The notes below the pieces were generated by a model, which was not told where the DNA came from, searched no databases, and saw only the letters and a program-made list of their open reading frames with translations. The translations under genes were made by a program, and so were the position numbers. A stretch of 64,000 nt of DNA from Octopus vulgaris (taxonomy: Eukaryota). Positions 48,951 to 63,589 of this stretch are shown here, one piece after another. Each line of letters starts with the position of its first letter. Positions within the stretch are counted from its first letter, which is position 1. The DNA lies in assembly GCA_951406725.2 (NCBI GenBank), contig OX597823.1:87544001-87608000 (forward strand). Direction: 5' to 3'.

Positions 48951-51101
48951 TATAGATAATCTGTAGTGATAGCATTATAAAGTGATGTAATAGCACTGCT
49001 AACACCATAGAACACTGTATTTATTTATAAAAACATTTAATATACTTTGTAGTATATTATTGTTGCATAACGAAATACGGTGCACCTGCCCCTACAGGTC
49101 ATTGATAGTTTTGTATTAAATCTACAATAAGCAATTCACCGAGGTTTCGGAGCAGGTTGTAATAATTTACACTTATTATGTAACGCCGAATCTTAAGAAT
49201 AATTCTTTTGTGAGGCTGGCATTCTTTACTGTTGAGTATTCATCTCTAAATCTTCTTCATGTCATGAATTGAAAGATAAACACTGACACACAACAGCTCT
49301 TTGAATAAAGACCATCCGTTGTTATACTTTGCTAACAGAAAATTGCCAATGAGAGTTAACTTGACATTAACTCAATGTAAGGCTAAATCAGTTAATAAAA
49401 TAGAATTCCATTTGCCAAGCATTACAGTAACATAAAGATACGTTTTGGAATTCAATTTCTCTAACTAATGGTAGAATACATTGATTTCACTCTGAATAGC
49501 ACAAATTTAGTTGCGAAATCATTGGATGTTGTAAACATGCTTTACTGCCATTTTTATTTATTTTACTTCTTCCTACCCAGCAAATTACCAAGTGATGTTT
49601 GACTAATGAACGGTTATAAGGAACAAAATGAATAATTGATTATCAAATTCTTTATTATGTGGGCTGTAGATTTTCACAAGAATTCTGGATTTTTGTTTTA
49701 GGCTTTAATCAGAAATAATCAAATTAATTTATCAGTATATTCCTTCTTATCTCTCTATATTTTGTGTTGGCGGTGAATTATTAAAGTTAGTTTCACCGAT
49801 ATTTTCTTTACATTTTTGACATCTATTTCTTTTTACACAGTAGCTGGGAAGCAGGAGCTATTTCCTGTAATTGAGGTGATACCATTCTCTTCATACCTAC
49901 AAGGAAATGGCAAAATGTATGGGAAATTTCTTGAAAAGCTTTTGAAGGCATATTGTTTCCACTATCAAATGTAGTTGACTAATTTTAATTTTATTTCATT
50001 ATTGAAAGACTATTAAATTTGTTTCTATTAGTATAATTGAATTTGCTTGTTTGAAATATGAACAAATATTCATATTTCCATTCGATCTGTTTTTGGTTCT
50101 ATTTTCAAAATATGTTATGTTCATTGCTTTTGTATTTAAATTTACGGGTTTGTGCAGTGTGGGAGCAGTTCTGTTTTCAGATGTAGCTTCTTCTTGCAGT
50201 GGGCCCCTTAAATCATATCGGATAATATCAATTTTTAACCAGGCTTAACAATAAAGGAAAAAGAAATAATGAAGCCAACGCGAAAGTAAGGCGGCAAAGA
50301 CTAACTGAATTAAAGAAAGAAATTGAGAAAACATATGAAGATATAGGAAGTAGAAAAATAAAATAATATATTTCAACGAAGCAATACAAATGATAAAGAA
50401 ATAAATATGAAAACATCGCTGTCGTTTGTTGAAGATAAATCTGATAATTTAAGAACTAAGCATATAATATTTAAAAGATGGACAGAATAGTTGATGGAAC
50501 TGCAAAGGACGATTCGGTTACAGATAATTTATGATATGTAAATAGAGAAACGGAAATTCACTTCTGAATTCATTTCCTTAATTATGGAAGATAAACAAAT
50601 ACATGTGATATATTATCTGGAATAGATAACAGAAATGATAAAGCGTGGAAATGATATCCCTGTAAAATACTTTGTATAATTTGTTATGGAGTTTTACGAT
50701 TTGGAGAATTTAACCACTATATAGAAGTAATCCCTCAGTTTTGTACTTCGACTGAACGGATGCGTCAATAGATGCAGCAAGCAGCCGTAAAATTAGTTTG
50801 ATCAGTCATCTATGAAGCATGTTGCTCATTGTCCAAGTATGGGTCACAGTCTTGGCACATGCCTGGCAACATCAGGTATAATATACTGACTGGTTTCTGT
50901 AGGAAAGTGCTGGCGGTAGATGAATTGCCAGATATGCGAAACACAACTCTTCTACTAAAACCAAAGACGAGGTATTCTAATCTAATCAGTTTACAACAAG
51001 GGTAAAACGCAACGAAGTTTATATAAGAAATAACCTTGGCGATATAAGCTTTATCCACTCTTACACGATTCTTTTCAGGAAATATCGTCACGTCAATATG
51101 T

Positions 51102-51544
51102 CTTTTCTACTCTAGGTGCAAGGCTCGAAATTTGGGGGTTCGTGGTGCCAGTCGATTAGATCAAGGCCAGTATGCAACTGGTACTAACTTTATCAACCCC
51201 GAAAGGATGAAAGGCAAAGTCGACCGCGGCGGAATTTGAACTCAGATCGTAGCAGTAGACGAAATACCGCTAAGCATTTCGCCCGACATGCTAACGTTTC
51301 TGCCAGCTCACCGTCTTGTCAAGTTAATACTTTTTTTCTACTCTATGCACAAGGCCCGAAATCTTTGGGTGGGGGGAGTCGATTAAATCGACTCCAGTAC
51401 GCAGCTGGTACTTAATTTCTCGACTCCGAAAGGATGAAAGGTAAAGTCGACCTCGCTGGAATTTGAACTCAGAACATAAAGTCAAACGAAATATCGCTAA
51501 GCATTTTGCCCAGCGTCCCAACGTTTCTACCAGGTCACCGCCTT
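51102..51544 (-). mobile_element. two tandem SINE family A monomers
   Basis: 51102-51316 and 51330-51544, both followed by CTTGTCA. Confidence 0.92.
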
Positions 51545-51639
51545 GTCACCTCTATATTTCGCTATAGGAACGATTTCCATATACGTAACCTATTTCAACT
51601 TCCTATTCAGATCGAACCGAACCTCAAGACTTCGAATAG

Positions 51640-52660
51640 AAACATCAGTTGAGAAACTCATTTCCTGAGTGTTATATTATCTGGAAACATCGGGGCTTAC
51701 GCTCCTCCACGCATACGTTAAGGAGTTCCTCCCCAATTCCTATTTTTCCGATAACTGTTCTAAAATTGACTGTTCTACTTGTATTAGGAGGTGAATCGTT
51801 TGACCGGTCCAATAAGCCGTTCCTGTGATGGTAGCCTAAAGGAGTGTTATATTAACTTCCTTTTTTGCCAGGACTGCCGCCATCAACCACATAGTGTCGA
51901 CTTGAGGTGGGACCCTTGGCATAAGTATCTTTGACGTCCTCATTCCCATATGTATTGGAATTAAAACAACTGAGTGCATTTGTGCAGTTTCTATATCTTT
52001 TAGTCGTACTTCGATAGTTCTAAGCTCCTCTCTTGGCTAGGCATGTGATATCCTGCCTGATGGGTTTCAAGCACTTCTCAGTTTTCTCTTCGCTCACTCG
52101 ATTAATTTTTTTTCCTTTTAGACAGTAAGATTTAAATATAATTGCTTTTTCTTTTTTCTAACATTAATACTTCTTCCGGGGATTTAACTTAACGCAACAC
52201 CGTCTTCAATTGTTATCATATCTTTGTACTTGATCATGTCATTTTTGTTTGTCCACAGCTGGCGGGTTCCACCTTCAGCCACCGATGCAAAACTTTTTTG
52301 TTTATGTTCTTCTGTTTGAAGGCTTTTCAAGTCAATATTCCTCTTTGCGACAGTACACATTGATGGTTGGGGAAATTCCCTTTTAGAAGAATCCGAAATA
52401 TCGCCAAATATTAAGATTTCAATTTTATTTGCCTCTCTGTCTGTTGACGACTCTTCGCCAGACGAAGTTACACTTTTCGACATCTTTCCAGCAATTAATG
52501 TTTCCACAACAGGGGACACGCGATAGTTTTCGAACGAAGAATATCACACAAATGATTATAACAAAAACAATAAAACCATAATTATAATAGGAAATAACAC
52601 AAAAACAATCAATGAAACTTGCACTTACTATACAGACACGCTCCAATAATAATTACCAAT
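51640..52660 (-). mobile_element. degraded Tx1/L1-like ORF1 (gag-like) region
   Basis: KSFASVA, RVPPQVDTMWLMAAVL, VCVEERKPRCF (decayed zinc-knuckle start). Confidence 0.45.
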
Positions 52661-52684
52661 AAATTCAAACTCACACAGACAAAA

Positions 52685-53325
52685 TACCCATTTCTTTACT
52701 ACCCACAAGGGGCTAACCACAGAGAGAGAAAAAAAAAGGACAGACAAATTGATTAAGCCGATTACATTGGCCCCAGTGTGTAACTGGTACTTAATTTATC
52801 GATTCCGAAAGGATGAAAGGCAAAGTCGACTGCATTTGAACTCAGAACGTAACGACAGACGAAATACAGCAAAGAATTTCGCCCAGCGTGCTAACGTTTC
52901 TGCCAGCTCGCCGCCTTCAAATGTAAACACAGACGAAATACCTATTTCTTTACTACCCACAAGGGGCTAAGCACAGAGAGGAAAAACAAGGACAGACAAA
53001 CGGATTAAGTCGATTATATCGACCCCAGTGCATAACTGGTACTTATTTAATCGACCCCGAAAGGATGAAAGGCAACATCGACCTCGGCGGAATTTGAACT
53101 GAGGACGTAGTGGCAGACGAAATACCTATTTCTTTGTTACCCACAAGGGGCTAAACACAGAGGGGACAAACAAGGACAGACATAGGTATTAAGTCGATTA
53201 CATCGACCCCAGTGCGTAACTGGTACTTAATTTATCGACCCCGAAAGGATGAAAGGCAAAGGTCGACCTCGGCGGAATTTGAACTCAGAATGTAACGCAG
53301 ACGAAAGACCGCTAAGCATTTCGCC
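52685..53325 (-). mobile_element. tandem array of three SINE family A units
   Basis: Units joined through GAAATAGGTA|TTTCGTCTG at ~53125 and ~52940; an extra head at 52918. Confidence 0.93.
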
Positions 53326-53624
53326 TTGTGTTTGTTCTTATTTGGTGCAACCCATTTTACTTCTATCTCTTGCAGTTATTATTGTTATAATTCTAGGTGT
53401 TGTTGTTGCTGTAGCTACTGTTATTCTTTTTGTTGTTGCATTGCAATTTGCCAACGCCATAACACTTCTCATAAATCTTGATGCTGTTACTCTTTTTGTT
53501 CCTCATGTTCTCCTTGGTCTATTAAATTAAATTTCTTCCTGTAGCTGTCAAAACTGTAGGTTTGTCGGTCACAACCTTGATTTCCCTGCCTCCCGCTTCT
53601 GCAGGCCCCACTTTCTTCTATCAC

Positions 53625-53694
<70 letters not shown>

Positions 53695-53800
53695 TCCCAC
53701 ACACACTGTCTTCCTTTCTCTCTCTCACTCATTCTTCCTCTCTCTCTCTCTATTTATTTTCACCCTCTGCCTGTCTATCTACTCTCTCTGTATCTCTCTC
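53625..53800. repeat. (CT)n/(CA)n microsatellite
   Basis: Direct reading. Confidence 0.9.
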
Positions 53801-54008
53801 ATTCTTTCTATTTTTGATATTTTGAGGTTCATCCAAGACGAGTATATAACTTGATCGAAGTACATAATCCGTACTTTATTTTATCGGCTCTAAAATGACC
53901 AAAGGTAAAATTGTGGTAGGCGGTATTTGATCCCACAACGTATGAGCCGCAAGAAATGTCGTTAAGCGATTTGACGACGCGGTAAGGATTCTGCCAGCAC
54001 GCTACCGA

Positions 54009-54280
<272 letters not shown>

Positions 54281-54282
54281 AT

Positions 54283-54687
54283 ATTGGTTTCCAATTTAAC
54301 CACAAGGGCAACCATTCTGGAGGAGGGGATGAGTTGGTTACATCGAACCCCAGTGTTTCATTGGTACCTTAATATATCGACACCTAGAGGATGAAAGACG
54401 AAGTCGACCTCGGCAGAATTTGAACTTAGAACGTAAAGACTGACGAAATACCTATTTCCATTACTAACCACAAGGGGCTAAACACAGAGGAGACAAACAA
54501 GGACAGACAAACGGATTAAGTGGATTACATCGACCCCAGTGCGTAACCTTTACTTAATTTATCGACCCCGAAAGGATGAAAGGCAAAGTCGACCTCGGCG
54601 GAATTTGAACTCAGAACGTAACGGCAGACGAAATACGGCTACGCATTTCACCCGGCTTGCTAACGATTATGCCAGCCCGCCGCCTTA
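54283..54687 (-). mobile_element. SINE family A dimer
   Basis: Head abutting (TAA)n at 54687, unit 1, unit 2. Confidence 0.92.
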
Positions 54688-54693
54688 ATAATG

Positions 54694-54752
<59 letters not shown>

Positions 54753-55412
54753 AATAATAATATAATAATAATAAAGTCTTATTATTAATGTTTATATTAC
54801 TGTAACAATAATAAGAACGATGGAGATGATAATTATAATGAAAATAATAAATGCAACAATAAAAAAACCCTGAATGACATAAGAAAACAGAAGTCAAAGG
54901 AAGACAATTAAAATTATACTGAGAGATAAAACAATAAAGATAAAATCCAAAGACCCGAATTATATACTTGAAAATCTTGAAAAAATTCTGTACGATGTTT
55001 GAAAATTTCTAAATATATTTTCAGCCCTTCACTACCACTACTACTACTGCCACTACGATGATCAACAACACCAACATCAACATCAAACTACCTCCACAAG
55101 TCAGCTAAGTTATATCTCAAATTGAAACAATATGATAACTGATTTTGAACAGTTCTCTGTGTGTACAGGGATCGGGGTGGAATGGTGAGATTTCCACTTA
55201 TACAATTAATGCATTTTTCTTTCGGAATCAGAAGGACTGGTGCCATGTTGACAATAATCATAAAGCAGGAAGACGCAATGCCTTCGGCTAAAATATTCTG
55301 CGGTGATTATATAGATTTTCACTTCAAAAGCACGCAACTGCATTATTACCAAAGTTCTTCTAAAACTAAATTTCATTTCTTAAAATCACCTGTTTTTTTC
55401 TCTTTCCTCATT

Positions 55413-55441
55413 TCATCGTCGTCATCATCATCATCATCATC

Positions 55442-55508
<67 letters not shown>

Positions 55509-56075
55509 CCATCACCATCAGCACCGCCGCCACCAAGACCACCACCAGCATTCTCCTCCACCTCTTCCCCCCATTCTCCCCACCATCATCACCATCATTA
55601 TCATCCTGATCTTCATCGTCTTGTGATGTTAATCATTGTGAAAAGGATGTGACGGTTTAGGATGATGATGATGATCGTTGTTGTTATCATCATCATCGGC
55701 CTGAACATAATCTTAATAATAATCATTCCTAACGCCATTGTAGTAATCTACATCATCATGATCATCATCACCCTTATCAAAAGGTTCTACCACTTTCATA
55801 TTTATCGTCCATTCGCGAAACACCCACATCAACTATATGAATGACGTCATCACCATAATCATCACCTCCGTCATCATCATCATCCCTTTCCTCCTCCCCT
55901 TCCTCATCATCCTTTCATCGTCACACTAACCATCATCCCATCACCCTAATTGCAAACGTCGTTGTCATCACCATCATCATCATCATCGTCGTCGTCGTCA
56001 TCATCATCATCATCTTCATCACCATTATCATCATCATCATCACCATCAACTGCATCTTCAAAATGACCATCATCA
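55413..56075. repeat. (CAT)n-rich microsatellite and low-complexity region
   Basis: Direct reading. Confidence 0.88.
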
Positions 56076-56224
56076 TAGATATTTATCTTAATAACCTTTC
56101 TGTATACGTGTGTGTGTTTGTGTGTGTATGCGTGTGCGTGTGTGTTTGGGTGTGAGTGTCATGTTTGCTTGTGTCAAGGAATGTGGAGCAGTCGTGATCG
56201 TGCGAGTTACAATAACAACGGGAC

Positions 56225-56375
56225 CGGCGTAGCTCCATGGTAAGGAATTTGCTTCCCCACCGCACAGTTCCGGGTCCAGTCCCACTGTGTGACGCCTTGG
56301 CAAGTGTCTTGAACATTAGCCACGGGCCCACCATGTCAATGGATTTGGGAACAGAAACGAAACGGAGTCCGTGGT
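56225..56375 (+). mobile_element. degraded SINE family B head
   Basis: GTTCCGGGTCCAGTCCCACTG..CCTTGGCAAGTGTCTT. Confidence 0.75.
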
Positions 56376-56782
56376 GCGCGTGTATGCATACATACATACA
56401 TGCATACATACATACATACATACATACATACATACATACATTATATATGTATGTATGTATTATGTATATATGTATGTATATATAAACCTTCGAACACACA
56501 ATCAACAGCGACGCCTGCTGGGTTTGCCTATTCTAAATTGATAAAGGGCAAATAACCTGAAATTAGTCTCTGGAAGTCTTAACCAGCATGGGGAAACTGA
56601 TGGCCTCCCCTGTTTGAAGGTTGTAAAGGACGCAGTTTTGTGTGTCACTTAGCTAGCTAGAGGCGATGGCCTCTTGGACCTAATCGACGGCAGCATTCCT
56701 GCTATTTTTCTGGACTGCAATGTTAGGTTGACGATATTAATACCCACTTCTGCTGCCGTAGTGTTTTAAAGGGAGATTTATA

Positions 56783-56838
<56 letters not shown>

Positions 56839-56839
<1 letters not shown>

Positions 56840-58397
56840 GGGGTAATTGAAGGGGACGGAATAAGGCATTCAGAGATGAAGGAAAGGATCAGGAGAGAAT
56901 GTTATCGAAGAGTGAGAGCAATACTTAAGACAGAGCTGAATGTAAGAAACAAATCGAAGCGATCAATGCATTAGCCATACCAGTCGTGACTTACAGTTTC
57001 AATATCATTAACTGGTCAATTACTGAAATATGTCAGCTTGACAGAAAAATACGAAAACTGTTGACAATGCATAGAATGCACCATCCTAAGGCGGATACAG
57101 AACGAATTTATCTGCCAAGAAAAGAGGGAGGCCGTGGTCTTTTACAACTGGCAATAACAATGAAGATTGCTACAATTGGCCTAGACACCTACCAGAAAAA
57201 GTCTGAGAACTGGATGTTAAAACTTGTCTCAAAACATGAAAACAAGAAAGCATCATACTCAGTAACAAAACAGGCAAAGGAATATCTAAGTGAATTCTGA
57301 ATACAACAAATTTCGGAATTAGAGATAGACATACAAGAAACAAGCACAGAAAAAGCTAAGCGCATGAAAACCCGTGCTAAAACTGCGGCCTTAGATATTC
57401 TGAATGATAAATGGCAAGAAAAAACTCTCTATGGAAAATACCCAAAGAGAGCGAATAATGCAGATATTGACAAAGCCCTGACTCATCAATGGCTAATGGC
57501 CTCTGGCTTAAAATCTGAAACAGTGGGGTTTATCATAGCAGCTGAAGATCAATGCCTACCAACAAGAAACTACCTGGCCAACATATTAAAGAACGGCAGT
57601 AGCCCAACATGTCGTGTATGTCGACAACAAAATGAAACCATTGATCATGTTGTATCCAAGTGCAGTCTTCTAGCGCCTACAGAGTATCTCAACAGGCATG
57701 ATAGAGCTGCACAATATATTCACTGGGTAATTTGCAAAAACCTGGATTTGCCCCATGAAAAAAACTGGTGCTTGAAAATGACCACATCTCACTCCTCTGG
57801 AACTTCACCATTCAAACTGACAGAAAGATAGATGCAAATACGCCAGACATCATATTGAAAGACTTCAGACAAAGAACAGCCTCCTCATTGATATAACTGT
57901 CCCAATTGACATAAACGTATCTGTCAAGAACTACCAAAAACTGAGCAAATATAAAGATCTTGAAATAGAAATCAGCAAAATGTGGAACCTGAAGACTAAA
58001 ACAATACCTGTTGTCATAAGTGCTCTGGGAATGATACCGAAAGGAGCTGATTGCTACCTAACTCAGATACCAGGAAACTCCAAAATGGCAGAAATTCAAA
58101 AGATAGTGCAAATGGGAACTGTTCATATCCTACGCAAAATACTTTCTATGTAATCTCAAGGTTTAAAACAAACAATTTTTATTTTTTATTTTATTTATTT
58201 ATTTTTTAAAATTTATTTATTTATTTTTTATTTACTTATTTATTTAGTAGACATTCCCTAGTACGACGCACAAAAAAAACAAATATATGGCACACTTGGC
58301 ATAACAACAACGTGAACTTCTAACCTGTTGTCTCTTGAGGTCTCTGGGTGAGACTTGGAGCCAACTTGTACCAATATAAAGCAAAAGTCAAACATAG
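56839..58397 (+). mobile_element. 5'-truncated R4/Dong-clade non-LTR retrotransposon
   Basis: AINALAIPVVTYSF, MHHPKADTERIYLPRKEGGRGL, LYGKY, GLKSETVGFIIAAEDQ, CRVC..ETIDHVVSKC, RHD, PDII, KYKDL; stop at 58153; (TAA)n on both sides. Confidence 0.95.
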
Positions 58398-58519
58398 AAT
58401 AATAATAATAATAATACTATTGAATAATATATATATATATATATATATGTATATGTGTGTGTGTGTATGTATACAAACATACACACAAATACACACATAT
58501 ATATACATATACACACATG

Positions 58520-58557
<38 letters not shown>

Positions 58558-58698
58558 ATAAATGCATATATTATACACGTATGAGAGGAAAACCACTATG
58601 TGGACACCCTTATACTAGAAATAGATCCGCTATGGTCTTACCACTAAGACATGTTCTCAAGAAAAATCAGCCAAATGTAACCAAAACATAATCGAGCA

Positions 58699-58776
58699 AG
58701 GCAAAAGGAATGTTTCTCTATCACCATATTACGTAATTTAACTTACGCAAGATGTCCGTAGATCTTCAGTGTGACC
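58699..58776 (-). ncRNA. degenerate type I hammerhead motif
   Basis: GGUCACA-CUGAAGA-UCUA...UUGCGUAA/UUACGUAA...UAGA-GAAAC; stem I 3' strand and cleavage site decayed. Confidence 0.5.
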
Positions 58777-59035
58777 GCCAAAATGAATATAATTTGCACA
58801 ACTGCATATTAGGGCGCCCGCACAATGTCAGACTTATAAACAGTTCTACCCTGTACACTCGTGGTAACTATTCAAATGTGCTCGTTTTGGCGCACTAAAT
58901 TACCGGAAAGAATGCTACTGCAGAAAATAATTCACTGTAGTGGACTTTGCCGGTTAGAGAACATATTAATTTAAATTTAAAATGAGGGTGAGACAATAGT
59001 TACTAATTTAATAAACATCGATTTTACACCAGTGA

Positions 59036-59131
<96 letters not shown>

Positions 59132-59132
59132 T

Positions 59133-59700
59133 ATGATATTTAAATGCCCTGATGCAATACCAAGCAGCGGCTCTCATGGCTTCTGATCTTAACTGACTGG
59201 AAGTGTTATCATGTACATTGTTTTGTCTTGGTATAAAAGATGGGCTACAGCAAATATTCTGCTCAATACCATAGATTTGCTTGTCAATCGCTTGACCGTA
59301 ACCAGTTGAGCGTGTCCCGCAGTGGCTGATGATATGTACATCTCTGATCACGAGCAGAAGTAGTGGGTGAGCATCATAGCCAAGTGTTGAGAGGGATTTT
59401 TGGGGGTTTGAATAATTCACCTCTGGAAACATGGGTGTTTCATTCAACATCCTTAAACAACCCTTAATCAGCGACCGTTTGAGCAGGATAGGTTACCCGA
59501 CTAGAAGAAAATTCTAACTGGGCCCCACCCGCAAGGTCATGCGCTGTTTATCTTGTTATGAGATCACCATGTCGCGCACATATGGTTGTGATGCATGTGC
59601 CTGGTGTACCCTTATCAGACGGCTAGTCATGATGGGTATACTGGGCTTCGCATATTTTACCCAAGTGTCACTTTGATGGCATGCACTGCTCTCTCACTCA
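59133..59700 (+). mobile_element. (TAA)n-flanked interspersed element, possibly derived from an RLE-type LINE 3' end
   Basis: Clean boundaries between TAA arrays (59037-59130, 59700-60041); decayed C..C...LQQI...RLT..NQ motif. Confidence 0.45.
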
Positions 59701-59716
59701 ATAATAATGATAATAA

Positions 59717-59756
<40 letters not shown>

Positions 59757-59799
59757 GATAATAATAATAATAAGAAGAAGAAGAGTAGTAGTAGTAGTA

Positions 59800-59908
<109 letters not shown>

Positions 59909-60010
59909 GAAGAAGAAGAAGAAGAAGAAGAAGAAGAAAAAGAAGACGAAGAGTAGTAGTAGTAGTACTAGTAGTAGTAGTAGTAATATAATAATAATAA
60001 TAATATTAAT

Positions 60011-60043
<33 letters not shown>

Positions 60044-60984
60044 TTTATTATCCTCGGGGGTTCATAATAATGAGGTCATGGCTAGAATAGTTGTGTGGGG
60101 CTTACATAAAAGATGCGGGAAAAGAAGTGGAAAGGACGGTGAAATCTGATAATGTTATACTTAATATACAAAATATGTGGATTCACTCCTCTTGATACTG
60201 CAACTGGAGCCAATCATTCATCCCTATAGATCTAGGATTATCCTGACCACGAAAACCCCGAGCCCTCTTTCATGTTTGTCACTCGACAGGAGCATGCTTT
60301 GACCATGATCATTCAACGTAACAATTTTTGCTGCAGCCACCCATCCTTTTATATAACGATTTGGTTAATTCGAAGAAGGAAATTATTTTACCAATGTAGA
60401 GCTATAGAATTAATACTCGAAGGAAACAATGCCAAAAAAATATTTTGGCTGTCAGAATTAGCTTGTTTCTGAAATAATATCAATTCACAAACAAACTACA
60501 ACAATATGACTATAATTATGCACAAGGTTGAGAAAACATGAATAATTATCAGATACAAAACTGGTAACAGATAACACTGAAACACCTCAAACAATGCTCT
60601 TCCATCGAATTACTTTATTATTATTTTTCAGTAGTCATCTAGGAATTTATTCGTTATTCGGTGAATAATGTTTTTCTATAGAATAGTATGTGTGAAAAAG
60701 CAATCAAAATATCAAAATATATGTTGTTTTTTTATTAGTTAAACATTATAAACAGTCTCTCCTTATATATATATATATTTATACGCATATGAAATAGTGA
60801 TGAAAATAATCCTTTCCACAATAAGCACAAGGTCTGGAAATAATAATAACAACAACAACAACAACAAAAACAACAACAACAACAACAATAACAATAATAA
60901 TAATAATAATAATAGCAGAGATAAAAGGGAACACAAAGAAAGGACAATATAGACATGAAAAATATTACGTAAGAAGGGACTATA

Positions 60985-61405
60985 CAATCAATTCCATGTA
61001 GCCACAAGAGAAGTTGCTGGAAAATATAGGTGAAATTGGCTTATGAAAGAAACCCTAAGAAATGAGTCTGAGAGTAATGTACTAGCAGTGCAGGACCAAA
61101 CTCTGGCCACGAACTGGAGGGTCAGCCTGAGGAATGACCAAATGTCTCTGCTGTGCCGCATCTGCAATAGAGTGGATGAAACTATTGCTCTCATCAGGAA
61201 CGAATGCCCTGGACTTGCTCAAAACCACTACACCTTGTGGCGACACGACCAGATAGCGAGGGAACTGGATAAAATGTGGGGGCTATAGAGAGACAAAACG
61301 TGGTATGAGCACAATCTGTTGAGTGTGGCAGAGTGTGAGACTAGCAAAATTCTCAGGGATTTCCCAATCCAAATGGATCAGGTACTAGACCACAATAAAC
61401 TGGAA
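60985..61405 (+). mobile_element. R4/Dong-clade LINE fragment
   Basis: LRNESESNVLAVQDQTLAT, CRICNRVDETI...C..LA...Y..RHD, ILRDFPIQMD...HNK. Confidence 0.88.
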
Positions 61406-61919
61406 CCCCAAAGAAAATGTTTTTGCCATACCCTGTATGGCACAAAGTCGCAGACACACGCTTTAGTTTGGAATGCTTGTATATCACTCATGTGGTTTCA
61501 CTTACATTATTTCTGTGTTGTACATCCGGCAGATGTCTTGTATTTTTGCCTCTCTTCGCTTGAAAACTTGTGAGTAGAACTGAGGGAACAGAAAATATTC
61601 TATTGATAACAGGTCAAGCGCCCAGTTTACATTGAATAAGCCGTGTCTTCTTCATTTTCTCTTCGATACAGGAAAGCTGTGCAATATTATCGTTGGGTAT
61701 TATCTATTCCCTTTTAGAAAACCATAAAGCAAATTGGTTCGTAGTGAATAAAACCCTTAAACCGAAAGTAAATCTGACTTAACTTAATAAATCCACCAAC
61801 AACGACTTTAAGACTATAAGTGACTTGTCTCCTACCTTTGTTAAATATTGTGTTTCTCAGAAAAATTAAAAGCTTCCCGATGAACTTTTTATTTTTTTTT
61901 TATTTTTTATAATTTTTTT

Positions 61920-62313
61920 TTACTTGTTTCAGTCATTGACTGCGGCCATGCTGGAGCACCGCCTTTAGTCGAGCAACTCGACCCCGGGACTTATTTTTTG
62001 TAAACCCAGTACTTATTCTATCGGTCTCTTTTGCCGAATCGCTAAGTGACGGGGACATAAACACACCAGCATCGGTTGTCAAGCGATGTTGGGAGGACAA
62101 ACATACAAACATACACGCACACACATACTTATATATATATACATATATACGACGGGCTTCTTTCAGTTTCCGTCTACCAAATCCACTCACAAGGCTTTGG
62201 TCGGCCCGAAGCTATAGTAGAAGACACTTTCCCAAGGTGTCAGGCAGTGGGACTGAACCCGGAACCATGTGATTGGTAAACAAGCTACTTACCACACAGC
62301 CACTCCTGCGCCT
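61920..62313 (-). mobile_element. SINE family B, full length
   Basis: As 21215-21627. Confidence 0.95.
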
Positions 62314-62358
62314 ATATTAATTGTTATATATTAAGTCCTATATATTAATTGTTAACAG

Positions 62359-62603
62359 TGTGGAGGCGCTGAGGTCCAGTGGTTAGGGCAGCGGACTCGC
62401 GATCGTAAGATCACGATTTCGATTCACAGACCGGGCGTTGTGAGTGTTTATTGAGCAAAAATATCTAAAGCTCCACGATGTTCCGGCAGGCGCTAGTGGG
62501 GCGAAACCAGCTGTACTCTTTTACCACAACTTTCTCTCACTCTTTCTCCCTTGTCATACTCTGTGTCATGCTGAATCTCCTCGAGAACTTCAGTAAGGTT
62601 ACA
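62359..62603 (+). mobile_element. SINE family C, 3'-truncated
   Basis: Homologous to 37611-37999. Confidence 0.88.
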
Positions 62604-62734
62604 GCTGTCAAATTTATTTGTAGTTGCTGTTAGTAGTAATGCCTCTTAGCTTTGCTCATCAATTCGTCTTAGATTTATCATGATGCTTGATATTGGTGGC
62701 TGATGTTATTACTTTCACTATTAGATGGTGTATA

Positions 62735-62966
62735 TAGCAATCCCTCGACTATCATGGGTGTTACGTTCAAAAACCCCGCTATAAGTGAAAGTCCGTGAAG
62801 TTGAAACAGTACTATATATATATATTTTTATTATTTTTATAAATTGTATATATTTATTTTATCATAAGTGCAAAACAACACCGTGAAGGTATCGGCGTAA
62901 GGTTAAATAATAGACCGCGATATGTGAACTGCGATAGGTGAACCCCGATATGGCGAGGGATTGCTA
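62735..62966 (+). mobile_element. Tigger/pogo-like MITE
   Basis: TA-TAGCAATCCCTCG ... CGAGGGATTGCTA-TA perfect 13-bp TIR. Confidence 0.88.
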
Positions 62967-63184
62967 TACATATTTGAAGGTGTCGGCTTGTTTGCGAGTC
63001 TCTATATGTATGTGCGTGTGTTGGGCCTGAATTATGTGGGTGCTGAGTGGATGCATGAAAGTCTGGTAAAAATATGTTTGCATCAGAATAATCAGGCACG
63101 TCGACAGATAACACTGTTGGCGTTGTGAATTTGTGAGCACCGGAGGTTAACCTCGTCTCCTGCGCCACTCAAGCATTCGTTCAT

Positions 63185-63589
63185 CTTTTACTTTTTATTG
63201 TCTACTTGCTTCAATCATTATAATACGGCCATGCTGGAGCACCGCCTTTTTAGTCGAAGGAATGAATCAACCCTAGTCCTTCAATTTTAAGTCTGGTACC
63301 TATTCTCCCGGTCTGTTTTCGCCGAGCCGCTAAGTTACGGAGATGCACACACAGACAGAATGACATACACGCACATACATACACACACACACACGCACAC
63401 ACTCATATATGTATATTTATATATAGGATGGGCTTCTTTCAGTTTCCGTCTACCCAATCCACTCACAAGGCTTTGGTCGGCCCGCAAATATAGTTGGAGA
63501 CACTTGCCCAAGCTGCCACGCAGTGGGACTGGACCAGGGACTATGTGGCTAGGAAGCAAGCTACTTACCACACATTCACGCCTGCGCCT
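63185..63589 (-). mobile_element. SINE family B with internal deletion
   Basis: Head and tail present. Confidence 0.88.

Noticed and set aside
49080-51090. Possible decayed transposase or LINE endonuclease coding sequence
   Set aside because: Only isolated weak motifs; no family assignment supportable by eye
52685-53325. Regularly spaced repeats suggestive of a CRISPR array
   Set aside because: Whole ~200-bp units repeat with no unique spacers and no cas genes; these are SINE units
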